This document shows positions 25,808 to 39,750 of a DNA stretch of 64,000 bases, one piece after another (position 1 is the stretch's first letter; each line of letters opens with the position of its first letter). Origin of the DNA: the human T2T-CHM13v2.0 reference genome, Homo sapiens; the NCBI RefSeq assembly GCF_009914755.1, contig NC_060938.1; one strand, 5' to 3'. The translations under genes were made by a program, and so were the position numbers. The notes beneath the pieces are model-generated. The model had not been told where the DNA came from, did no database searches, and saw only the letters and a list, made by a program, of their open reading frames with translations.

Positions 25808-26152
25808 GTGCACTGCATGTTTCCTTCAACAAATGCACAAGTTGAAACTCTAACAATAGAATGGCATTAGAAGGAGGACCTTTGGGAAGTAATTTGGTGT
25901 TGATGAGGATGGAGTTCCCACAGTGGGGTTAGCATCCTAATAAGAAGAGTAGGAGACTAGAGCCCTCTTCTCTCAGCCATGTGAAGATACAACAAGAACA
26001 CCTGCAAACCAGTAAGAGGGCCTTCACCAGACACTGGCTCTGCTGGCCCAGATTTTAATCTTTGAATTCCCTCAACTGTGAGAAACAAGTATATGCTGTT
26101 TAAGCCACTCAGTCTACAGTTGTTTGTAGAAGCAGCCTGAGCAGACAAAGAC
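25808..26152 (+). mobile_element. MLT1A-like solo LTR
   Basis: gacctttgggaagtaatt...gccttcaccagacac...aactgtgagaaa...gcagcctgagcagacaaagaca. Confidence 0.75.
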
Positions 26153-27524
26153 ATAGGGTTCCTTTTATTTTCAGAATTCGGTTTAGCTGTAATCACCTAC
26201 CATCCTGAGATGCAGTTTCCTCCCTTGAAATATAAGCTCTGGGACTATAGCCTCATGGACAAATTCTGAAGAATTTGTCTCTGCTCTTGTGGGATGCTAA
26301 CCTAACCAATCAAGGAATGTTTGCTCAATGGAATGAAACATCTTAATGCAGCTCGCCAGCCAATATCTGCAAAGCACACCTCATGGGTTCTGGCTGGCTT
26401 GGATTTCTGAGACTACTTCATCCTACTCATCAAACTGTGGACTCAGATTCAGCCAGGAGGCCCAGATTCTAGCGTCAGTTTTGCCCTTGGGATACAAATG
26501 CACGTTCTGCTTCACTGAACATGAAACCCTGAATATTTGTCCATTACTCTGGCAATTGTCCTCTCTCCCTGTGCCAATTGCCAATCAACCCAACTCCCAG
26601 GCAGCTTTGGCAGTTATGTCTGCTTGGCCTGCTGTAGCAGCCAATGACTTAGTAAAAGTCAGAACATAGATCTGCTAGCTCCCAGTCCAGGATTTCCCCA
26701 TAACTCGTCCATGTTTATATTAAACAACTAGGTTTGCTTTCAAAATTCTTTTTCATTTAGCCTCTTCTTAGAACTTCTCATTTTGAGAATCCTGACCTGC
26801 CAATATTCCATAACCTTTCTGAAAGTGACACAGTAAATACGATGTATGCACACTGCTAACTGCAGCTGATTTCATTTTCCAACATCTATAAAGCACATTA
26901 GGTAATTTCTAAACCAGCAGCAAAATCTATTTATAAAGAATGCTGATTTGTTTTCTGCATTTTCCAACACAGAGCTTCAATTTATTTCCTTACCATAAAA
27001 AAAACATTACTTTTTAAAACAATCATAGTTAGTGTATTTTATAAATGCTTTAATTTTTGTAAAGTCCAACTTGCAAATTGGAGTGTAAATAGCTTTCTTA
27101 AAATGGAAGGAACCGTGTTAGACCCAGTATGCTGATTGATTATTTCACTGTGCTTCAAAGCAGAAGATTTCACAGACATTGGGTATATAATGTAATGAGT
27201 TTTTATAAAGCAATTGATATTATTAAAAATATAATTATAATAAATAAAATTATAGGGAAAAGGAAATCTTCATTCTGACAATGCCAAATTTTTTAACTAA
27301 CTCATTGGTAAAAGATTATGTTTCTACATGAAAAATTTTACACATTCTTTCTATGAAATAAACCTGATAACACCTTGAAAACTTCATAGTTATGGAAAAG
27401 GAACTACTGTGATTTTTTTTTAGAGAATGTCATGTTCTTGATGTTCTTGAGTGAGCTGTCTCATGTTATTAGAAAGGAAACAGCAGCACCCTGTGGACAA
27501 ACAAAGAAAGTGAATGAATTTTTA

Positions 27525-27811
27525 GGACCCGGTGCGGTGGTTCAGGCCTGTAATCCCAGCACTTTGGGAGACTTGGGTGGAGGGTAACTTGAGCCCAAGA
27601 GTTCAAGACCAGCCTAGGCAACACAGTGACACGCCGATCTTTACCAAAAGTTGAAAAATTTGCTGGGCTTGTTGGCTCATACCTCAGGTCCCAGCTACTT
27701 GTAAGGCTGAGGTGGGAGGATCGCTTAAGCCCAGGAGGTCAAGGCTGCAGTGACTGTGATCATACCACTGCATTCCAGCCTGGGTGACACAGCAAGACCC
27801 TATTTCAAAAA
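27525..27811 (+). mobile_element. AluJ
   Basis: Dimeric Alu with J diagnostics (gaggtcaaggctgcagtga). Confidence 0.92.
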
Positions 27812-27875
27812 GAGTATATTTATGTGGCACTTTCTACAAGGAATATAGTATCATGTTTGTACTTAAATGACATCA

Positions 27876-28180
27876 GGACCAGCATGGTGGCTTACACATG
27901 TAATCTCAGCTCCTCAGACGGTGGAAGGCAGGAGGATTGCTTGAGGCCAGGAGTTGGAAGACCAGCCTGGGCAGCATAATGAAACCCCCATTTCTACAAA
28001 AATAATAATAGTAGTCCAAAGCTAGGCGTGCTGGCACACACCTGCAGACTTAGCTGCTGTGGAGGCTGAGTGGAAGGATAACATTGAGCTCAGGAGTTTG
28101 ATTGTATTGTGTATTGTGAGGTACGATCTAGCCACTCCACTCCAGACAACACGGCAAGACCCAGTCTCTAAACAAAATAA
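27876..28180 (+). mobile_element. AluJ (degenerate)
   Basis: ggaggattgcttgaggccaggagtt; two monomers. Confidence 0.85.
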
Positions 28181-28589
28181 AGGGACATCAGAGCATTGTT
28201 TATAGAGATTTATAAATGATCCCAAAATGTCTTCAGAGAGATAAATAATCTAAATATAGCTATATCGACTCTTCCTAAATTCCAAATTTGGGTGGGAACA
28301 ATAAATGAGATAGAAGACTTCTTGAAATGTATCAAGACTCAGAAAGACAAAACAAAAACTTTCATTAGGCAGTATCAAGAATGTTCATTAATGCTATTTC
28401 TAATTTATGATACGATCATCTAAAGAGAAAATCCCAGCAACAAGAGGCCAAAGGAAAGGGAAAAGAAATGAAAACAAGGACCATACTTTCTCCACATCCA
28501 ACCTCTCTCTACCACCTCTCAGCAAGACCTCCCACACCCGATCACTGCTTTCTCTTGCAGACTTACCCTCTACTCTGTGAACACATGAT

Positions 28590-29049
28590 CCAGAGAACCC
28601 TGAGAAGTCCCTGAGTCCCTTCCAGGGTCTCTGCAAGGTCAAAAGTCTTTTCACAAAAATACACAGGTTTTGTTTACCTTTTCCACTTTCCTTGTCTCTC
28701 AAGTATAATTGGAGTTTCCCAGAGGCTACCTGACATGTGATGTCAAAAGAAATTAAATGTAGAAGTAGAAAGGAGAACAAGTTTTCTTCTATTAAACCAG
28801 ACATTAAAGACACACCTAAAAATATAAAACAATGTCACTGTTCTCACAAACTTTAATGCTTAAAAATGATAATTTTAAATAAAAATGTGATTTATGTAAA
28901 CATATAAGTATATTTTTTTTAATTTCTCAGCTTTAATGTCTACTATGATAAATATAGATAGACATAATCCAAATAAATAAAAGCTCTTTGGGGTCCTCAA
29001 TAACTTTTAAAAATGTGAAGTGTTCCTGAAACCAAAAATTTGAGGACTG
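28590..29049. mobile_element. hAT-Charlie DNA transposon remnant
   Basis: gcaaggtcaaaagtc... and aaaagctctttggggtcctcaataac...cctgaaaccaaaaatttgag ends. Confidence 0.6.
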
Positions 29050-29906
29050 ATGAGCTAAATCTCATACCCTTTGTTGTAGCTTCCACCCAGGTCATTTCTT
29101 AAATACTTGATCAATAATTTCCCCATGTCCCTCACCCTATCCTTGTTGCAAAATTCCATTTTCCTACTCCAGCCCTCCCTGTCATGAGAAAGTTCCCAGG
29201 TTGTAGACATGATTTACTAAATCTTTCTTAACAGCTTTATCATGATAACATGACATATACAAATTGTGTAAATTTAAGGTAACTTAATGTTTTGATATTT
29301 CTATACTTTTTGAAACGATCACCACAATCAAGCAAATTAGCATATTATCTCTACATATTTACCATTGTGTGTCTGTTGACAGTAATTAATTTATGATCTA
29401 GTCCTTTAGCAGAACACAATATGATACAGTGTTGTTCCACTTTGTACATTATATCTCCAGAAATTATAATAACTTGAACATTGCACAATTTAATTAACAT
29501 CACCCCATTTCCCCTCCCTGAGCCCCTGGCAACCACTGTCTTATTCTCTGTTTTTATGAATTTGACAGTCGTAGATTCCACATGTAAGTGAGATCATGAA
29601 GTATTTGTCTCTGTGTCTTGCATTTTTGCTTGGCGCAATATCTTCCATCTCCATCAATGTTTTCACAAATAGAAGGATTTCCTTCTTTTTTAGGGGTGTA
29701 TAATGTTTCATTTTATGTATACACGTCACATTTTCTTTACCCATTCATCTGTTCCTCTGCCAAAGGACCTTTAGGTTATTTTCCCATTTTGGTCATTGTG
29801 TGTCATGCCGCAATGAACAGAGGATGACAGACACCTCTCTAAGACTCTTATGTCAATTTCACTGGACATATATCCAGAAGTGAAATTGTTGGATTATGTG
29901 GTAGTT

Positions 29907-30185
29907 CTTTTTTTCATTTTTGAAACTGGGTCTCACTCTGCTATCCAGGGTAAAGTCCAGTGGCAAGATCATAGCTCACTGCAGCCTTGATCTCCTGGGC
30001 TCAAGCGATCCTCCTACCTCAGCCTCCTGAGTAGCTGGGACTACAGGTGTACAACACCATGTCTGGCTAATTTTATTTCTGAGATGGCGTCTTGCTATGT
30101 TACCCAGGCTGGTCTGGAGCTCCTCGCCTCCTGCCTTGGCTTCCCCAAATCCTGGGATTACAGGTGTGAGCCATCACACCAGGCC
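29907..30185 (-). mobile_element. AluJ inserted in L1
   Basis: gatcatagctcactgcagccttgatctcctgggctcaagcgatcctcc. Confidence 0.9.
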
Positions 30186-31474
30186 AGTGCTATTTTCAAT
30201 TTTTTTTGGAGGAACCTCAATACTGTTTTCTGTGTTTTACTAATTTGCATTCCCATCAATAGTGTATAATGGTTTCCTTTTCTTCACATTCTTACCAACA
30301 CTTATCTTTTCTCTTTTTGATAATAGCCATTTTAACAGGTGTGACATGATATCTCATTTTGGTTTTGATTTGCATTACTCTGAAGTTTAGAGATGTTGAG
30401 CACATTTTCTTATACCTGTTAGCCATTTGAATTTCTTCTCTGGAGATGTATTTATTTAGGTTCTTTGCCTTAAAATAAAATTAGGTTATTCATAATTTTG
30501 GAATTGATGTGTATGTATCCTTCTTATTTTTTGAACTCCTTATAAGAGATATGGTTTACAAACATTTTCCCCATTTCATAGGTTGCCTTATCATTTCATT
30601 AGTTTTCTTTGCTGTGCAAAAGCATTTTAATTCGATGTATTTCATTTGTCTATTTTGCCTTTGTTGTCTGTGCTTTTGGCATCATATCTAAACAAATTAT
30701 TGCCAAGACCAATGTCAAGAATGTTTTCTCCTGTCTTCTTCCAGGAGTTTTGTTTCAGTGATTACATTTAAACGTTTAATCCATTTTGAGTTAATTTTTA
30801 CATAAGGCGTGAGCTAGGGATCCGATTTCATTCTTTTACATGTAGACATCCAGCTTTCCTAACACCATTTGGTCAAGAGCATATCTTCTGCATATAGTGT
30901 CTCCTTGTCACCTTCCAGGGTGATCAATTGCTGCAAATGTGTGGGTTATGCCTAGGTTCTCTATTTTGTTTCACTGGTTTATGTGTCTGTTTTTATGCCA
31001 ATACCACAGTGTTTTTCTTTCTACAGCTTTGTAATTTAATCTGAAGTCAGGAAGTGTGATACCTGTAGCTTTGTTCTGGCTCAAAATAGCTTCAGCCACT
31101 CAGGGATTTTTGTGATTCTATATGAATTTTGGGATTTTTTTTCTATTTCTGTTGGAGATACCATTGGGATTTTGATATGGATTACATTAAATGTGTAGAT
31201 TGCTTTGAGTAATATGGACACTTTAATAATACAGTACTAACTCTTTCAATCCATGGGTTGTCTTTCAATTTACTTTGGTTTAAATTTCTGTCATCAATCT
31301 TTTATAATTTGTAGTGTTTAAGTCTTCCACTTCTTTGGTTAGTTAGTTCCAAAGTAGTTTATTTGATACTGTTTTTTAAATTTCCCTTTCAGACAATTCA
31401 TTGTTAGTGTTTAGAAATAGCAGTGATTTTTGTATGTCAATTGTGTATCCTACAACTTTAGTAAATTTATTATA

Positions 31475-31698
31475 TAGTCAGTCCTTCATATCAATGGGTT
31501 CTGCAACCATGAACTCAATCAACCATGAACCTAACTTGTACATATTTTCCATCTGTGGTGGTTTGAATCCACAGATGTTGACCCATGGATACATAGGGCC
31601 AGCTGTACACGATTTTATGTGAGGGAATTGATCATCACAGATTTTGTTATCTGAGGGGTTCCTGAAACAAATCCCCAGCAGATATGAAAGACTGACTA
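31475..31698 (-). mobile_element. MER2-like Tigger-family MITE inserted in L1
   Basis: TIRs tagtcagtccttcatatc / gatatgaaagactgacta in TA context. Confidence 0.8.
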
Positions 31699-34600
31699 TT
31701 ATTTCTAACCATTTTCTGTGGAGTCTTTAGAGTTTTCAATGTATAATAATCATGTCTTCTGTTAACAGAGGTAACTACATCTTTCCTTTCAATTTTGATG
31801 CCTTTTATTTCTCTTGCCTGATTGCTCTGGCTAGGACTTCCAGTACTATGGTGAATAGGAGTGATGAGAATAGACATCCTTGTCTTGTTCCAGATATTAA
31901 ATAAAAAGCTTTCAGCTTTTCCCCATTGATTATAATATTAGATATAGGTTTTTCATATACAGGCTTTATAGTGTTGAAGTAAGTTTCTTGTATACTTATT
32001 TTGCTGAGAGTTTTATCATGAAAGTATATTGAATTTTGTCAAATGTGTTTTCTGCATCTATTGGAATGTTATTTTTGTCTTTCATTCTGTTAATGTGGTA
32101 TATCACATTATTAATTTTTACACATTGAAGCATCCTTGTATCCCATAGATAAATTCCAATTGGTCATGGTGTATGACCTTTTCAATGTGCTTTTGAATTC
32201 AGTTTGCTAGTTTGTATTTTATTGAGAATTCTTGCATCTATATTCATTAAGGATACTGGTCTGTAATTATTTTTTCTTGTGTTCTCTTCGTCTAGCTTTT
32301 AAGTCATGGTAACATCGGCCTCATGAAATGAGTTTGAGAGTATTCTCTCTTCTATTTTTTCTGAAAAGTTTTAGAAATTTTTGTATTAGTTCTTCTTTGA
32401 ATATTGGTAGAAGTTGCCCATGAAAACATCTGCACCTGGGCTTTTCTTTGTTGGGAATTTTTGATTACTGGTTAAATCTCTTTGCTTGCTTTTGGTCTGC
32501 TCTATTTATTTTTTGTTCCACCTTGGTAGATTACATATTTCTAAGAATTTATCCATTTCTTCTAGGTTATCCAATTTATTGGCATATAATTGCTTAATTG
32601 TCCTTTATAATCATTTGTATTCCTGTACATTTGATATAATGTCTCCATTTTCATTTCTGATTATATTTACTTGAGTTTCTCTTTTTTTCTTAGTGTAGCT
32701 AAGGGTTTGTTATTTTTGTTTGTATTACCAAAAATTCAACTCTAGCTTTGTTGATTTTTCTATTGTTTTTTATTTTATAGTTATTTTATTTACATTCTAA
32801 TCTTTATTATTTACTTCATTATGCCAACTTTGGGTTTAGTTAGTTTTTCTTTTTCTAATTGTTTATTTGTAAAGTTAGGTTGTTCGAGTGAGATCTTTCT
32901 TATTTTTTAATGTAGGTATTTATCACTGTAACATTTCCCCCTTAGCACTTCTTTTGCTGCATCCTGTAGTTTTGTGGAGTTGTATGTTCATTTTTGTTTG
33001 TCTCAAGATATTTTTAAAATTCCCTTTTGATTTCTTCTTTTACCCAATGGTGGTTCAAGAGTGTGTTGTTTAGTTTCTGCATTTTTGTAAATGTTTCTGT
33101 TTTCTTTGTTATTGACTTCTAATTTTATTCCATTGTGGTCTGAGAAGATACTTGGCATTATATTAAACTTCTTAAATTTGTAGGATGCCTTGTGACCTAA
33201 GATTTGATCTATCTCAGAGAATATTCTGAGTGCACGTGAGAAGAATGTATATTCTGCTGCTGTTGGATGGAAAGTTCTGTATATGTCAGTGTTGAATCTA
33301 CAGTGTTGTTCAAGTCAGCTGTTTCCTCTTTTTTTATTCCTGCCTAGATGTTCTATCTATTATTGAATTTGGGGTACTGAAGTTGGCTACTATTATTTTA
33401 GTGTTACTGATTTCTCCCCTTAGCTTTGCTGATATTAACTTTATATATTTAGGTGTTCTAATGTTGACTGGATATATATTTACAATCTTCCCTTTGAACT
33501 GAACTTTTATCATTATATAATGACCTTCTTAGTCTCTAATGACAGTTTTTTATTTCAAGTCTATTTTTTCTGATCTAAGTATAGATACCCTTGCTCTTTT
33601 TTGGTTACCATTTGCGTAGAGTATCTTTTCCCATCCCTTCACTTTGAGCCTCTATGTATCTTTATATCTAAAGTGACTCCCTTATAAATATGTACTGATG
33701 AATATCTTTTATGCATTGTGCCACTCTATGTCTTTTAATTAGATAGTTTAATCCTTTCACATTTAAAGTCATTGTTGATAGGTAAGGAGTAACTTGCATT
33801 TTGTTAATTGTTTTTCATATGTTTTGCAGTTCTTTTTTTTTTTTTTTCCTCTCTTGCTGTCTTCTTAGTTTGGTTATTTCTTGTAGTGGTTTGGTTTCAT
33901 TTATTTTTCTTCACATTTTGTGCATCTCCTATAAGTTTTGAATTTGTGGTTGCAAATGTACATCTTCTATAGAAAGCTGTATTAATGTTATCAGCTTTTT
34001 TGGAATCATTTTCTTTTTCTTCCCTCTTCAGACATATACGCAAATACTCTGTTTTTCAAGACACGAGTAAATAGGGCTCTGGTTAGAAATTTATCAATAT
34101 GAAAAAAAAGATCCTCTGAGTATTTTGATAAGTTAGAAAATAATGATAGACTGCAGTAGAATGTCATGTATTTCAACTTCTGTCATCTATGTTACTCTAC
34201 AATATATTTTCTGTGTGTATTAGTCAATGCTATATATTTACAAGGTAAATCCATAAAGCATACATTCTAGAATGCCCTAACTTATGTTCTTAAGAGATAT
34301 GCTCCTTATAGCCTTCTTGGCAATCCTGAAGTGTCAAATATTTCCATTGAAGAAGGTTGCATATGGCTTCTGAGATGAAGTCTAGACAGGTTAGGATTAT
34401 TTTTTGCTCCTTTTGCCCACACAGCACCCACTGTCCCCTCCCTTTGTTATTAGCCATTATCTGATACCCTAGATGAAGCCACCTTCTGTCCTTCAGTTTT
34501 GGCGTGGGGGCTGATTTCACCCCCAGTTTCAGGAATAAGCACAGGACAGCTACTAACAAGTATGTTGTTCACTCAAGGAAGAAACCCAGCTAAGGGAGAA

Positions 34601-34729
34601 AGGGGGGTTGAAATCCAGCCTACATGCTCTTCTCCAAGCCACATGCCCCGATACAGGGCTGCATCTAACTGGAGAAAGGGGAGCCATTTTCTAATACTTG
34701 CAAAGGCACTGTGTGGACAGTGGAAACCC

Positions 34730-35150
34730 TGCATGAGCTCGTGACACAGGCCTGGCCAATGAATATACTTCTAATCCCGGCACAGATGAAACTAGAGATG
34801 GACATGAAATCCAAGCCTCACACCCAAAGTCAATCTCTAGTCTCTTATTGAAACTATTAGAAGTGTTTCTGTTTTTGCTTTATTCTGGGGCAGTGGAACT
34901 AAGGAAATGTACACTGCAGGAGTGATGATGGCCACATTGCAGCACAAAGGGAAAACTTGTCTGAGAATAAAATCAATGGGGAAGAAAAAAGCAAGGAAGA
35001 GGAGAAGAGCCAAGCCCTGAGTCCCTACGTTCAGCCATTCTGAAGCTATACCCTGGATTTTTCCATTATACGAGTCCACAAATTAATATTTTTTTTGGCT
35101 TAGACCAGTTTGAGTTTGAATTCTATTATTTATAACCAAAGGAGTCCTAC
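34730..35150 (+). mobile_element. Old MLT1 solo LTR
   Basis: ggccacattg...ttgtctgagaataaa...ccagtttgagtttg...taaccaaaggagtccta; boundaries approximate. Confidence 0.55.
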
Positions 35151-36616
35151 CATATTATCTTAGCTGGATTTTCATAAACACTGTACATGTTGATCAACAA
35201 ACTTCCTAAATGTTTCACGTTCACTCCAAAGAGGGAGGGGGAAAAATAAAGAAGAGGAAGAAAATGATTACTTATCATCCACAGTAGTCAAGGAAGCTGC
35301 AGAAGCATCAAGAAAAAGCAGCAGAAGTTAGCTTTGTACTCCCACAAACACTGCTCTGAAGTACTCCGCCTAGTGGGCCACATCAGAAACTGCATTTCTA
35401 AAATCTTTAAAAAGACAGAAAAGGAATCACCACTTACCCTGGGAACCCTAACAGAGGAGTAGACCACATAGGAATATGTCCCATTGGTTTGAGGTCGATA
35501 AGTCAATTTTCAAAGCTTTAGTAATTCCAGAAACAAGAACATATTTATTTTACTTTGATCACACAATGCCTAGTTATATTAAAAGTAAGGAGACATTCAA
35601 TAAATACCTTTTATGGAAATAAAAACAGACAATTTAGGAGAAAATTAACTATCAATGCATTATTTTAAAGATAAAGAAAAAAGAAATTATTCTGAACACA
35701 CAAAACTATTTTATCAAATATCATGGTAAATTATCATTATATACTAAGTCACTTAATAAATTTCCAGAGATAATTGGAAAGAGTTTCCACAATAGATTTT
35801 GTTTCACCCCAGGAAGAAGTTTCACAAAAAGTTAGTTACTTATCTCCATTGTTACTAGTACCAAACTAATCCTATGATTCTGAGTCAAATTACAAATAAC
35901 GTCCACACTTTTCTCCAGTGAGATCAGAGGAGATGCCTAAGTGGAGTGTGTTTTAATGTGAGGACATAATTGGTTTATATTTTTCACTGAAAATAACAAA
36001 TTCTAGACAACTTAAGCAAAACAGGAATTCAATGAAAGGATATTGAATAGTTCACAAAATCATTGAAGATGCTGGAGAAGCAAGGTAAGAACTGAGGGAA
36101 ACTCAGCACAGCCAAGTTCATTCGACGAAAGCAGATCTTGGGATGCCACCACTAGGATGTTGTCATTTGACACTTGTCACCATGTAGCTGGGCTCTGCTG
36201 AACCTAGGCATTTGCTGCCATATTCCTGGACCTGCATCTCTGCTCAATTTCTCAGAATCATCTCTGATTCTTTCAGGTCTTTTGCATCATTTCATCGGGT
36301 TCCAAGTTCTAATAAAGAGCCATCAGTTGGCTGGGCCTAGATATGTGCCCACACGTGAGTGGCCAAGAAACTGGAAAAAGGATCATGCACTCCCTTTCAG
36401 CTTTTGTAATGGAAGGTGGGGCCTGTCCTCATATTTTGCTTGGGGTTCAAAAAACTAGGAAGGGTGTTTTGTTGAAATGAAACCCAAAACTATAGCTATC
36501 CATTTATAGCACCTTATTTGTACAGGAAGAAACCATGAGACAAAACGTATAAAAGTGCATGGGAGGTCTAAACATATGAGGGGGTTTTTGAGGAGAGAAA
36601 GATCATACTTGATTGG

Positions 36617-37002
36617 TGCTGTGGTTTCACTGTGACTCCTCCGAGATTCAGCGTTGACAATGTGAGAGTGTTGAGGTGGAGCCTGCAGGAAGTGATGAGG
36701 CCATCAGGACTCCTACATCAGGAATGGGTTTAGGAGCCCTCATGAAAGAGCTCCATGGAGGGAGTTCATCCCTCTTGCTCTCCCGCCTTCCACCATGTGA
36801 GGAAACAGTGTTCCTTGTCTCTGGAAGATGCAGCATCAAGACACCATCTTGAACGGAGAGAACAGCCCTTACCAGACATCAGACCTGCCAACGCCTTGAT
36901 CTTGGACTTCCTTGTCTCCAGAATTGTGACACATAAACGTCTGGTTTTCATAAATTGCCTAGTCTGTGTTATTTTGTTATAAGAGCATAAATTGACTAAG
37001 AC
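36617..37002 (+). mobile_element. MST (MSTC/D-like) solo LTR
   Basis: tgctgtggttt start; gccttgatcttggacttcc; gactaagaca end. Confidence 0.8.
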
Positions 37003-37325
37003 AATTGGAGATTAGAAAAAGTTTTTTGAAGTGGCATTTGAGAAGGGCTTGATAGATAAGATCTCTACAAATAGAAATAGAGAGATGGTTTCAAATCACC
37101 CAGGTGAAAGGAATAACATAGCCATGTTCAGTCTGAATGCAAAATGGAGATGGTAAAAAGTACATAGGATTCCACCACCAGTGGGAGGACAGAATTGTAA
37201 TGTGGCAGCAATCTGTAAATATAATATTTATCAGTCATTCACATTTATTTAGAGTCTAATGTGTTCTAGGCTCTGAAATTAAGCAAAGAAAATCTAGATA
37301 TGCATAAGTCCAAGACTTTGTCTTT

Positions 37326-37807
37326 GTGACAGTCAAAATAATGACCCCATAAATATGTTCTAGTCCCTGGAATCTGTGACCATATTACTTTACATGAGGC
37401 AAAAGGGACTTTGGAGATGTGATTAACCCTTGAGTTAGGGGGATTATCCTTGATTATCTTGGGGGCCAATCTAATTGCATGTGTCTATAAAATAAGAGAA
37501 TCTTTCCTAGCTACAGTCAGAAGGTGATATGACTACAGAACAATGGTCACAGACATCCCACATTACTGGCTTTGAAGATGGAGGGATTGTCCCATGATCC
37601 AAGGAATAGGGACAGCATCTAAAAGTTGGAAAAGGAAATGGATTCTCTCTAGAGCCTCCAGAAAGCAATACAGCCCTGACAACACCTTCACTTAAGTCCA
37701 GTAAGACCACGGTCAGAGGTTTGCCCTACAGAACTATAGGGTCGTAAGTCTTTGATTTAAGCCACAAAATTGTGGTAATTTGTTATGGCAGCAATAGAAA
37801 ATTAATT
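37326..37807 (+). mobile_element. MLT1D-like solo LTR
   Basis: aataatgacccc; ggcaaaagggacttt; ctctagagcctccagaaag; ggtaatttgttatggcagcaatagaaaa. Confidence 0.8.
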
Positions 37808-38053
37808 TTAAGAACTTTATTATTTGGAAGATAGGCAGACCAGAAAATCCAAATTATAATATAATTCGATTAAAACCTATGGAGATTTGCACTAGGTGTT
37901 TTAGAAAATAATTGAGTATTAACAAGACTAACAGAAGAAATGTTCTAAAATTTATACACTAAGTACATCACATTTTTCTAATGATCACGTAGATAGAGCA
38001 ACTTAGAATCCATGGTTTTAACAAACCAACAGGCTTATATACATAAATATAAA

Positions 38054-38058
<5 letters not shown>

Positions 38059-38096
<38 letters not shown>
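38059..38096. repeat. (TA)n microsatellite
   Basis: Read directly. Confidence 0.95.
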
Positions 38097-38103
<7 letters not shown>

Positions 38104-39639
38104 TAATATATGGAATAGCCCCCTGGGCACGGGCAGCCCTGGGTCAAATGGCGGCACTGTACTAGCAGCCCACACCCCACCTCACCCGCCTACCCTGAGC
38201 TGACTTGTCTGCTAAATGCTAAATAAACCTGTCAACCTGTCTGGTTTAACTAAGAAGGGACTGGATGCAACAAGCCTGAGGGCTGTGACTGGGGGAAGAG
38301 AGAGCACAGACGGAGCTCCTCCTCCTTCTGCCACTGCCCACCAATTGAAAACCACCAACTGAAGTTTGCTTAGATTCTCAGCCTACACCTTGTTCCCAAC
38401 AAAACTCATGCAATACTTGGGCCCCCACTACAATCTCTGGAACAAAATATTCTACGGATCTGCTTTTTGAGCTGCAACTTATCTTACTAAATTCCAAGAA
38501 GCTTAAGTAAGAGAAAACCACCAGATAATACAAGATTTTCAATGTGATCATCATTGCTACTTTTAACTAGAAATTATCCAGTAAATGTATTGTGAACTGC
38601 TTTGTGACTATGCTGATTTATTTAGTCTTTCTGATCCTTGGTTTGATTATCTCAAATATATGAGTGTCACCAATTTTATAAAGTTGCTCTAAAAATTAAA
38701 TGAAAGAAAAATAATCCTCCTTCTCCATATATTGAACACTTACAAAATTATAGGCATTGTGTCCAGGTTTTTACATACTTACCTGAGAGAAGTCTCAGCA
38801 ACGAAATATGTAGCATCCATTTTGTACTTTGAAAACTTAGTTTTTGGCCAGCCTCTAGGAAGAAGAAGAGGGTCCAGAACTGGGCATATGGGTAGGGATG
38901 GGAAAAGAAACCGGCTGGATGCAACAGGGAAAGACGAAGGGATGGAGACCCCAGGCAGAGCCAGTCCTCAGGCTTGGGGCCTGGGTCTAGGAAAGGAACT
39001 AGGTGAAGAAGGGAGGAGCCCCAGGCTGTGGATGTCTCTGGGGGAACCTTGGTTCAGCAACGGCCAGAGAAGCTCCTGAGGCCAAGCGGTATCTGTCGCC
39101 TCCCTACCTTTGGGCGTCTTCTGGTCGCCAATGTGCTGCAGGTCATGGCTCTGGAATCAAATTGGGCTCAAATTGCGTGAGCTCCAACGCAGTGGAGCCT
39201 GGCCCTACTCCCACCTACACCTCGTGGATCTCAGAGCTGCAGGATGGCTCTGCCCACCGCACCCTAAGCTGGCCTTGCTTGGGGCTGGTATTGGGGGACA
39301 GCATGTTCTGGGAGTCTCTGCTCCTTTCTGCTGGTGCCTGTGCCTGTGTTGGCCGCCCACTCATAGATATCAAAGCCACAGGACGGCCCCGCAGAACCCC
39401 TCCGCTGGCCCTGCAGGGGGCTGGCTTTGGTGCACATGCGACTGGTCATCGTGGTCCCCATGGGGCACCTCTGCTCTTCTTGAGGCAGCTTGGGCCTTCG
39501 CTTGCCCCCACGTCTGCAGAGCTGAGCACCTGCCCCCTCTCCCCAGGAAAGACAACCAAATGCCACCAACTTAAAGCACACACTGAAGGCCACCAACTGA
39601 AGGCCGGTTGCCCTGACAACCTGATGTGTCCTGCTTAGG

Positions 39640-39750
39640 AAGAACCAATCAGGCCTTGAGTTCCTTCCACGCGCTGCCCTTCCATTTGTGACGTGGGAGT
39701 CCAGGCACTGGCTCACAAAGCCGCGCCCCCAGTGACCCCGCCCCACCTTT
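39640..39750 (-). promoter_or_regulatory. Candidate TATA-less promoter cluster
   Basis: AACCAATCAG (NF-Y type, CCAAT 39645-39649), TGACGTGG 39689-39696, CCGCGCCCCC 39721-39730, CCCCGCCCC 39736-39744; orientation inferred. Confidence 0.45.

Larger units (their letters stand above)
29228..33955 (-). mobile_element. Old L1 (L1M-type) ORF2 and 3' UTR, degraded
   Basis: Continuous antisense L1 text (ctaggacttccagtactatg, ttctgcatctattg, ttccattgtggtctgagaagatac); no long ORF. Confidence 0.9.

Noticed and set aside
38775-38785. U1 snRNA gene or pseudogene (ATACTTACCTG)
   Set aside because: The match stops after 11 nt and the downstream sequence is not U1; better read as a minus-strand splice donor
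39003-39746. Overlapping ORFs of 211, 154 and 160 aa as a novel protein gene
   Set aside because: Long ORFs in several frames are expected in GC-rich DNA; no recognisable domain, and some start at non-ATG codons
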